Shown here in pieces: positions 7,299 through 13,645 of a stretch of DNA of 14,989 nt (its first letter is position 1; the number at the start of each line of letters is the position of its first letter). This stretch comes from Candidatus Nanopusillus sp. (GTDB lineage: Archaea > Nanobdellota > Nanobdellia > Nanobdellales > Nanobdellaceae). The position numbers and the translations under genes were made by a program. The notes under the pieces were generated by a model. It saw nothing but the letters and a program-made list of their open reading frames with translations, did not search any database and was not told the DNA's origin. The DNA lies in the NCBI GenBank assembly GCA_036845085.1, contig DAIUEN010000014.1:1-14989 (forward strand). Reading direction: 5' to 3'.

Positions 7299-7346
7299 AT
7301 GATGAAGCATTACGCTACTGATTTGATGATGAATAATATTTTCTGA
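7299..7346 (+). ncRNA. Candidate archaeal C/D-box sRNA (2'-O-methylation guide)
   Basis: C box AUGAUGA lies at 7299-7305. A 12-nt guide AGCAUUACGCUA follows, then D' CUGA at 7318-7321. C' UGAUGA lies at 7324-7329 or 7327-7332. A 13- or 10-nt spacer follows, then D CUGA at 7343-7346. It sits in the longest noncoding gap of the window (119 bp). Confidence 0.55.
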
Positions 7347-7363
7347 TAATTTTAACAGTAAAG

Positions 7364-7371
7364 TTTAAATT
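7364..7371 (+). promoter_or_regulatory. TATA-like box TTTAAATT upstream of aIF2-gamma
   Basis: The box is centred about 28 bp upstream of the ATG at 7396. That is consistent with a leaderless or very short-leader mRNA. Confidence 0.35.
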
Positions 7372-7395
7372 AATATCTTAAAAACTAAAATTTTT

Positions 7396-8610
7396 ATGAG
7401 TAAAGAAAAAAAGATATATCCAGATCTTTCAATAATAATTATGGGACATGTTGACCATGGAAAAACAACTCTAGCAAAAGCTTTAACTGGAAAATGGTTA
7501 TCAAAACATTCTGAAGAAATAAAAAGAGGATATACGCTAAAGTTAGGATATTCTGATTTTTCTATATATAAGTGTGAAAAACATGGATATATGACTGAAC
7601 AAATATGTCCTGTATGTAATAAAGAAAATGAAGAGGTAAGAAAAATATCTTTGGTAGATGCTCCAGGTCATAAAAGTTTAATAATAGTAATGTTAAGTGG
7701 GGCGTCTATAGTAGATGCTGGTATTTTGGTTATTGCAGCAAATGAGGATGTACCACAGCCACAAACATTGGAACATCTAGTAGCTTTTAAATATATGGGC
7801 GATAAGCCATTAATAATTGTACAAAATAAAATAGATTTAGTAACTAAAGAACAAGCTATGGAAAATTATAAAAAAATTTTAAAATTATTAGATGATGTAG
7901 GTATTGATAAGAGTAAAGTAAGGATAATTCCAATGTCTGCTATTAGTGGTATAAATTTAAAATATTTATTAGAAGCTTTAGTAGAATTGGATGTTCCTAA
8001 AAAAGAAGAAAAAGAAGATCCTATTTTTTTAGTAACTAGATCATTTGATGTAAACAAACCAGGTACTCCAATAGATGAGCTTGTTGGCGGAGTTCTTGGT
8101 GGGAGTTTGATAAAGGGTAAATTAAAGCTAGGAGATGAAATAGAAATTAGACCAGGTTTGTTTATAAATAATAAATGGGTTCCATTATTTACAAAAATAG
8201 TTTCTTTAAAACAAGGTAATCATAATGTTAATGAGATATTGCCTAGAGGAACAGCTGGGATTGGTACTCTTTTAGATCCTTTTGTTACTAAAGATGATAC
8301 TTTATCTGGACAAATTGTTAGTTTGAAAAATAGATCTATGCCACAATATGATAAAATTGTTGTTGAATATGAAGTAATAAAAGAGTTGTATAAAGGACAG
8401 GTAAAAATATCTAAAGGAGAAGAAATCTTAGTAGTTTGTTACAATATTGTTTCAAAAGGAATAGTAAAAAATGTTATTAATAATCAATTGCACATTGTAC
8501 TTACAAAGCCAGTATTGGCTAATAAGGGAGATAGAGTGATATTATTAAGGGAAGTTAGAAATAATTATGAAATTTTTGGAGTAGGAAAAATAATAGATGG
8601 TGAAGTATAA
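7396..8610 (+). CDS. eif2g: Translation initiation factor aIF2 gamma subunit
   Basis: G1 is GHVDHGKTTL, G3 is DAPGH and G4 is NKIDL. A zinc-knuckle insert CEKH...CPVC is present. Domains II/III resemble EF-Tu, and the 404-aa length is typical. Confidence 0.93.
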   Translation: MSKEKKIYPDLSIIIMGHVDHGKTTLAKALTGKWLSKHSEEIKRGYTLKLGYSDFSIYKCEKHGYMTEQICPVCNKENEEVRKISLVDAPGHKSLIIVMLSGASIVDAGILVIAANEDVPQPQTLEHLVAFKYMGDKPLIIVQNKIDLVTKEQAMENYKKILKLLDDVGIDKSKVRIIPMSAISGINLKYLLEALVELDVPKKEEKEDPIFLVTRSFDVNKPGTPIDELVGGVLGGSLIKGKLKLGDEIEIRPGLFINNKWVPLFTKIVSLKQGNHNVNEILPRGTAGIGTLLDPFVTKDDTLSGQIVSLKNRSMPQYDKIVVEYEVIKELYKGQVKISKGEEILVVCYNIVSKGIVKNVINNQLHIVLTKPVLANKGDRVILLREVRNNYEIFGVGKIIDGEV

Positions 8611-9010
8611 AATATTAATAGATACAAATTTTTTCTTTATACCTTTCTATGAAAATTTTGATGTTATAGAAGAGTTAAAAAAATTTTTAGAAATTAAATC
8701 GATAGAATATGAAGGGTTTTATACACTCAGGAAAAACATTATCGAATTAGAAAATAAGCTAAAAACTGCAAAATCTGAAAAATGGAAAAAAATTTATAAG
8801 CTAGTTTTAGAATATATAAAGAGAAAAAATATCACCGTAATAGATACTGGAAATAACAATGTTAGGACTGATAGGTTAATCGTAAATTTTGTTACTTTAA
8901 ATAACAATTTTATAGTTTGTACTCAGGATAGGAGATTGAGAATAATATTAAAAAATTTAAATATCAAAGTTATATTTTATAGCAATAAACAATTACATAT
9001 TATAGGTTAA
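8597..9010 (+). CDS. PIN-domain protein, Fcf1/Utp24-like (putative rRNA-processing endonuclease)
   Basis: The N-terminal ILIDTNFF carries the PIN acidic residue, and the C-terminal VCTQDRRLR matches the Fcf1-type TxD motif. It overlaps aIF2-gamma by 14 nt. As I recall, this adjacency is common in archaea. Confidence 0.7.
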   Translation: MVKYKILIDTNFFFIPFYENFDVIEELKKFLEIKSIEYEGFYTLRKNIIELENKLKTAKSEKWKKIYKLVLEYIKRKNITVIDTGNNNVRTDRLIVNFVTLNNNFIVCTQDRRLRIILKNLNIKVIFYSNKQLHIIG

Positions 9011-9011
9011 A

Positions 9012-9860
9012 ATGGTAACAAATGCACCACCAGAGTATTATGCTGCGAAAAAGAAATTTGAAGAAGCTAGGACTCCAGAAGAAAAGTTATTAGCTTTACA
9101 AGAAATGCTAAGATATGCTCCAAAGCATAAAGGGGCGCAAAATTTAATTGGCTGGATAAACAAAGAAATTTCTAAATATAAAAAAATAATAGAAAAAAAT
9201 AAAAGAAAGGGAAAAGGTGGTATAAGAATAATAGATAAATCTGGTGATATATTAATAAGTATTATTGGTATAGAGAATTCTGGAAAAAGTTACTTTCTAA
9301 AAAAATTTACTAATGCTAATGTAGAAGTTAGCGAATTACCATTTTCTACAACATATCCTGCTATAGGTACTATATTTAAGGACTGTGTTTATTATCAATT
9401 TGTAGAGATCCCATCAAATTTTGATAGCAGATATAGATCAATATTATCACTTTCAGATTATTTCATAGTTATATTATCAAAAAATTATGATATTTATGAA
9501 CAACTAAGTAGAATCAATGAATTTTGTAAGGGTATAATAGAATTTAATATGGCGGAAGGATCAAATTACGATATAATTTTGAATGACTTTACAGATTTTA
9601 AGGATATAAATATTGATAGCTTATTAGAAAAGATAATAAAAAAACTTAAGTTAATAAGAGTAAAGCCTATAGATAACGATCACTGTGTTCTATTATCTGA
9701 AAATAATAGTACCATAAAAGATTTTATTGAAAAGATAAATAAGAAATGGCTGGAAAAATTTGTTTATGCTAAAGTTTACAGAAACAATACAATTATAAAA
9801 GTTGGCTTAAACTTTAAATTAAAAGATAAAGATACAGTAGAAATAAAAATAAAACTATAG
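9012..9860 (+). CDS. DRG/Rbg1-family GTPase homologue with C-terminal TGS domain, shortened, with degenerate G3/G4
   Basis: The N-terminal helical region reads PPEYYAAKKKFEEARTPEEKLLALQEMLRYAPKHKGAQNL. G1 is GIENSGKS and G2 is PFSTT. The C-terminal TGS-like region reads STIKDFIEKINKKWLEKFVYAKVY....VGLNFKLKDKDTVEI. The gene starts 1 nt after the PIN gene ends. Confidence 0.75.
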   Translation: MVTNAPPEYYAAKKKFEEARTPEEKLLALQEMLRYAPKHKGAQNLIGWINKEISKYKKIIEKNKRKGKGGIRIIDKSGDILISIIGIENSGKSYFLKKFTNANVEVSELPFSTTYPAIGTIFKDCVYYQFVEIPSNFDSRYRSILSLSDYFIVILSKNYDIYEQLSRINEFCKGIIEFNMAEGSNYDIILNDFTDFKDINIDSLLEKIIKKLKLIRVKPIDNDHCVLLSENNSTIKDFIEKINKKWLEKFVYAKVYRNNTIIKVGLNFKLKDKDTVEIKIKL

Positions 9861-10097
9861 CTATGGAGCTACTATTAAAGATATCGTTCTTTCTACATAA
9901 TCTAATCTTCTCAAATTATCCATAACAAATTTTCTTATATCTTCTAGAACATCTGCTTCTATTTTAATTATCATGTCGTATTCTCCATATAAGTACTTAT
10001 ATTCTATTATTTTAACATCTTTTACATTCTTTAATTCTTCTTCCAATTTTCTTTCGCTTCCGGGTTTTAAATTTAATAAAATAAATGCTTCAATCAT
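9861..10097 (-). CDS. Stand-alone RAM-domain protein (Lrp/AsnC ligand-binding domain only, no HTH)
   Basis: The 78-aa product reads AFILLNLKPGSERKLEEELKNVKDVKIIEYKYLYGEYDMIIKIEADVLEDIRKFV...L..L..V..T.SLIV. This is the beta-alpha-beta-beta-alpha-beta pattern of AsnC-type C-terminal domains. Confidence 0.7.
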   Translation of the reverse strand: MIEAFILLNLKPGSERKLEEELKNVKDVKIIEYKYLYGEYDMIIKIEADVLEDIRKFVMDNLRRLDYVERTISLIVAP

Positions 10098-10345
10098 TTT
10101 ATTTTTTCTTTTAGTTCTTTTATTTCTTTTCTGTTATATTCTATTAATAATGCTACTACAGAGATCCATAATACGGTTAGCCATGTAAATATTGCGGTTA
10201 ATGTTGTTGCTGCTGTTGTTTCTAATATTATAGGTAATTGTAGGCTTTTAAAAACAAGTATATATCCTAATATTAGATTTAAGAAAAAACCTATAAGCAG
10301 TGCTATGTCTAGCAAATCTGGCGTTTTTATATCTACTTTTACCAT
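10094..10345 (-). CDS. Small membrane protein (about two TM helices), unknown function
   Basis: The 83-aa product has two long hydrophobic stretches and a charged KEIKELKEKIK tail. It has a 4-nt ATGA overlap with the downstream RAM-domain gene. A TATA-like box lies about 25 bp upstream. Confidence 0.45.
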   Translation of the reverse strand: MVKVDIKTPDLLDIALLIGFFLNLILGYILVFKSLQLPIILETTAATTLTAIFTWLTVLWISVVALLIEYNRKEIKELKEKIK

Positions 10346-10380
10346 TTATATTTTTTAAAGTAAACTTTTATATATTTTTA
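10345..10380. promoter_or_regulatory. Interdigitated divergent promoters between the small membrane gene and the PUA gene
   Basis: TTTATATT at 10345-10352 lies about 32 bp upstream of the plus ATG at 10381. TATATAAA on the minus strand (10374-10367) lies about 25 bp upstream of the minus ATG at 10345. The spacer is 35 bp. Confidence 0.4.
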
Positions 10381-10845
10381 ATGATAGCTTTAAGTAATAA
10401 AGAAAAGAAAAAATTATTTGAAATTTTAACATCAAAATATAAAATAGAATTAGACCACTTAATCAAGAAAGAAAACATATTTTATGATGAAAAAAACAAT
10501 GTATACATTCTAAATGATGAAATTATTGCTTTCGAAAAAAATAGAGAAATATATCCAACTATTTTTTTAATTTCTAAATATAAAAATGAAATACCATATA
10601 TAATTGTAAATTTAGGGGCTAAAGATAAGATATTAAATGGAGCAGATGTATTTAGACCTGGTATTATTGAAATGTCTGACTTTAAAAAAGGAGATTTATT
10701 ATTAATAGTATCTGAAGACGAGAAACTTTTAGGCATTGGTATTGCCGTTGTTGATAAATCTGAGGCTGAAAAAATGGAAAAAGGTAAAATTGTAGAAACT
10801 ATACACTGGTTTGGGGATAAGATAACAAAACTACGTATTAAGTGA
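10381..10845 (+). CDS. PUA-domain RNA-binding protein (MCT-1/Tma20-like)
   Basis: The C-terminal sequence IIVNLGAKDKILNGADVFRPGIIEMSDFKKGDLLLIVSEDEKLLGIGIAVV is a typical PUA domain. I prefer the start at ATG 10381. The 10300 start in the ORF track would overlap the divergent gene and its promoter. Confidence 0.7.
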   Translation: MIALSNKEKKKLFEILTSKYKIELDHLIKKENIFYDEKNNVYILNDEIIAFEKNREIYPTIFLISKYKNEIPYIIVNLGAKDKILNGADVFRPGIIEMSDFKKGDLLLIVSEDEKLLGIGIAVVDKSEAEKMEKGKIVETIHWFGDKITKLRIK

Positions 10846-10888
10846 ATTACTATTTAAAATATAAAATTTACTCTTTAATAAGTGATTA

Positions 10889-12091
10889 ATGTTAATCGGT
10901 CTTACTGGTAAACCTAATGTTGGCAAGTCTACTATGTTTAAATCGATTACACTGCAAGATGTAGCTATAGCAAATTATCCATTTACTACGATAGATCCTA
11001 ATAAAGGAATAGGATATGTTAGAGTAGAAGATGTGGGTCCAGAATTTGGCGTAATATCTAATCCTAGATATGGTTTTATTAAAGGGAAATACCGTTTTGT
11101 TCCAATAGAAGTAATAGATATTGCAGGTTTAGTTCCTGGCGCTCATGAAGGAAGAGGATTAGGCAATAAATTTTTAGATGATGTTAGACAAGCAGATGCT
11201 TTAATACATGTAGTTGATATTTCAGGATCTACTGATGAAGAAGGAAAATATATTGGACCTGGAAATTATGATCCTTTAAAGGATATTATTTGGTATGAAG
11301 AAGAGATAGATTGGTGGTTTTATGAGGTAATAAAAAGAAATCTGGAAAAAAATATTAGAAAAATAAAAACAGAGCATTTAGAACTAGATAAAGAGTTGTC
11401 TAAGATTATTTCTGGATTAAATGTAAAAGAAGAACATGTTTCTAAAGCTTTCTTAAATTTGAATATTTCTTCAGATGAGTATGATATCGTTAATGATGAA
11501 AAAAAGCTATTTTCATTAGCTAAAGAAATAAGAAGAATATCGAAGCCAATTATAATTGCTGCTAATAGAATAGATATAAATATTGATATTGCTAAGAAGA
11601 ATTTAGAGAGAATAAAAAAAGAGTTTCCTGATAAAATAGTATTTCCTACTTCGGGATATGCGGAATTAATACTAAAAGAATTGGATAGACAAGGTAAAAT
11701 ATATTATATACCAGGGGAGGGGTATTTCGAAATAAAAGGAAACTTAAATGATAAAGAAAGAAAAGCATTAGAATTTATAGAAAATAATATATTTAAAGAA
11801 TTTGGTAATACAGGGGTACAAAATCTTTTAGATTATCTGGTTTTTAATGTTTTAAAGTATGTTGCTGTATTTCCAGGTGGTGTAGATTCTTTAGCAGATA
11901 AAGAGGGTAGAATTTTGCCAGATTGTTTTTTAATGCCTCCAAATAGTACAGTGTTAGATTTTGCTGAAAGGATACATTCTGATTTAGCTAAAAACTTTGT
12001 TAAAGCAATTGATGTAAGAAGTAAGAAGTTTTTGAGTAAAGATTATATATTGAAACATAGAGATGTTATACAAATCGTAGCAAACATTTAA
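10889..12091 (+). CDS. Obg-superfamily GTPase, YchF/Ygr210-like, with C-terminal TGS domain
   Basis: G1 is GKPNVGKST, G2 is YPFTT, G3 is DIAGLVPGAHEGRGLGNKFL and the G4-like motif is NRID. The C-terminal TGS-like region reads STVLDFAERIHSDLAKNFVKAIDV....LKHRDVIQI. Confidence 0.85.
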   Translation: MLIGLTGKPNVGKSTMFKSITLQDVAIANYPFTTIDPNKGIGYVRVEDVGPEFGVISNPRYGFIKGKYRFVPIEVIDIAGLVPGAHEGRGLGNKFLDDVRQADALIHVVDISGSTDEEGKYIGPGNYDPLKDIIWYEEEIDWWFYEVIKRNLEKNIRKIKTEHLELDKELSKIISGLNVKEEHVSKAFLNLNISSDEYDIVNDEKKLFSLAKEIRRISKPIIIAANRIDINIDIAKKNLERIKKEFPDKIVFPTSGYAELILKELDRQGKIYYIPGEGYFEIKGNLNDKERKALEFIENNIFKEFGNTGVQNLLDYLVFNVLKYVAVFPGGVDSLADKEGRILPDCFLMPPNSTVLDFAERIHSDLAKNFVKAIDVRSKKFLSKDYILKHRDVIQIVANI

Positions 12092-12115
12092 AAATATAAT
12101 AGTTAGACATATCTT

Positions 12116-12313
12116 ATGATAATTCCTATCCGATGTTTTACTTGTGGTAAACCTATAGGACATTTATGGGAAAAGTATCAAAATCTATTAAAGCAGGGAA
12201 AATCTCCAAAGGAAGCTTTTGAAGAATTGGGGATAGAAAGGATGTGTTGTAGGCAAATATTTTTAGGTCATGTTCAACAGATAGAACTTATTGCTAAATA
12301 TAAGAAATTTTAG
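12116..12313 (+). CDS. rpoN: DNA-directed RNA polymerase subunit N (Rpo10/Rpb10)
   Basis: The 65-aa product MIIPIRCFTCGKPIG..WE.Y.........A...LG..R.CCR has the canonical CxxC...CC zinc bundle of RpoN. Confidence 0.92.
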   Translation: MIIPIRCFTCGKPIGHLWEKYQNLLKQGKSPKEAFEELGIERMCCRQIFLGHVQQIELIAKYKKF

Positions 12314-12719
12314 AATTTTTTATAGATTTTGCAGATAGATAAAGTAGAATAAAGCCAAAGATAAGTACAATTGGATTTGGATATCCATTATAACTAGATG
12401 CGATATTCCTAACAGCTAACGAGAAAAAATTGTCATACTCTAATACAAAAGCAGAAAAAATTATTAATAAGGATAATAAAAGAGATAAGTAATATCCGTA
12501 TATATTTTTCCTATTTACTAAATAATATGTATATACTATATAAGATATTATTAAAAATAAAAAAACTTTAGCCATAGTTATTATATTATCTGGATATATT
12601 AAATGTAGTTTATTTTCTGGATATATAAAACTTAATAGATTCAATATATTGATAATTAAAAATATTGTTAACATTGTTTTAATACCTTCATTTGTTAAAT
12701 CTATCTTTTCATAATCCAT
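12294..12719 (-). CDS. Polytopic membrane protein (about four TM helices), unknown function
   Basis: The 141-aa product is hydrophobic and Tyr/Ile/Leu-rich. It starts 2 nt after the TtuA-like gene ends, and its 3' end overlaps the rpoN 3' end by 20 nt. I recognise no motifs. Confidence 0.5.
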   Translation of the reverse strand: MDYEKIDLTNEGIKTMLTIFLIINILNLLSFIYPENKLHLIYPDNIITMAKVFLFLIISYIVYTYYLVNRKNIYGYYLSLLLSLLIIFSAFVLEYDNFFSLAVRNIASSYNGYPNPIVLIFGFILLYLSAKSIKNSKISYI

Positions 12720-12721
12720 AA

Positions 12722-13645
12722 TTAATTTTTAATACTATTAATTTTTAACTTTATTTCGCATGCTCTACATATTTCTCTTGTTGTAGGATAACCACAAAAT
12801 TTGCATTTTTTTAGTTTTATAACATTTTTTTCTTTATAATCTTTTTTTGCATATTTTAAAACCTCTAAAAAATTATTTATGAATTTTTCGTGAAAAGATG
12901 GGTATTTATCTTCAATTTTATATAATTCAGATCTTATTATATCTCTAAATTGTCCTGTTATGAAAGGACATTCTCCATATTTTGGTGATAAATCATATAT
13001 TGTAGAATATATTAAATTTTCCTTTTCACTATTAAAATAAAATGGCTTTATTCTGGGTACAAAATCTTCTTCAACAATTCCTGTATAAGGACCAGATTTT
13101 AATATATCTTTTATATTTCCTTCAAATATATTTATTAGTATGGTCTGTAGTTCGTCATTAATGTTGTGTGCTGTAGCAATTTTTGTTATGTTTAGGTCTT
13201 TTGAAGCTTTCCACATTAACCACCTTCTCCATACGCCACATATTGTACATGACTTTAATTCGCTGTTTAGTTTTACAGCTTCATCTAGTCTTATATTAAA
13301 GTAGTCTTTAAAATTGTATATAAAAACTTTTATGTTATATCTTTTTGAGATTTCTAATAATTTTTCTGTATCTTTGTCCCTATATCCAGCTATTCCCTCA
13401 TCTATATGGATTCCATATACTTCTATACCAAAATATTCTTTGTATTTATTTAAAAAGTACAGTAAGGCGTTTGAATCTTTTCCTCCAGACACTCCAACGC
13501 CTATGATATCCCCGGGTTCTATCAATTTGTATTTTTCTATTGTATTAATAGTTTTCTTTTCAAAATAATTTATAAAATGGTCTTTGCAGTAATAAATTCC
13601 TTCTTTTTTATATATTGCTACATTATTGCAGAAAGAGCATTTCAT
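12722..13645 (-). CDS. TtuA/Ncs6(NcsA)-family PP-loop tRNA 2-thiouridine synthetase
   Basis: The N-terminal zinc finger is CSFC...CKDH. The PP-loop is GVSGGKDS. The Fe-S/catalytic cysteines lie in CTICGVWRR and GECPF, and ATAHNINDE is present. The C-terminal zinc finger is CKFCG...CRAC. Confidence 0.85.
   Translation of the reverse strand: MKCSFCNNVAIYKKEGIYYCKDHFINYFEKKTINTIEKYKLIEPGDIIGVGVSGGKDSNALLYFLNKYKEYFGIEVYGIHIDEGIAGYRDKDTEKLLEISKRYNIKVFIYNFKDYFNIRLDEAVKLNSELKSCTICGVWRRWLMWKASKDLNITKIATAHNINDELQTILINIFEGNIKDILKSGPYTGIVEEDFVPRIKPFYFNSEKENLIYSTIYDLSPKYGECPFITGQFRDIIRSELYKIEDKYPSFHEKFINNFLEVLKYAKKDYKEKNVIKLKKCKFCGYPTTREICRACEIKLKINSIKN

Noticed and set aside
10300-10380. An N-terminal extension of the PUA-domain ORF, starting at 10300 as in the ORF track.
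   Set aside because: The extension would overlap the start of the divergent membrane gene and cover both TATA-like boxes. It adds a hydrophobic peptide not expected on a PUA protein. The ATG at 10381 gives a typical ~154-aa PUA protein.
10483-10520. Two ATGATGA strings (C-box-like) about 30 nt apart inside the PUA gene. There is also a TGATGA at 14826-14831 after tRNA-Gln.
   Set aside because: No CUGA D or D' boxes occur at the required ~12-nt spacing in either case. The first pair is explained by Asp-Glu codons (GAT GAA) preceded by TAT or AAT codons in the CDS. These are probably chance occurrences, unlike the complete C/D'/C'/D set at 7299-7346.
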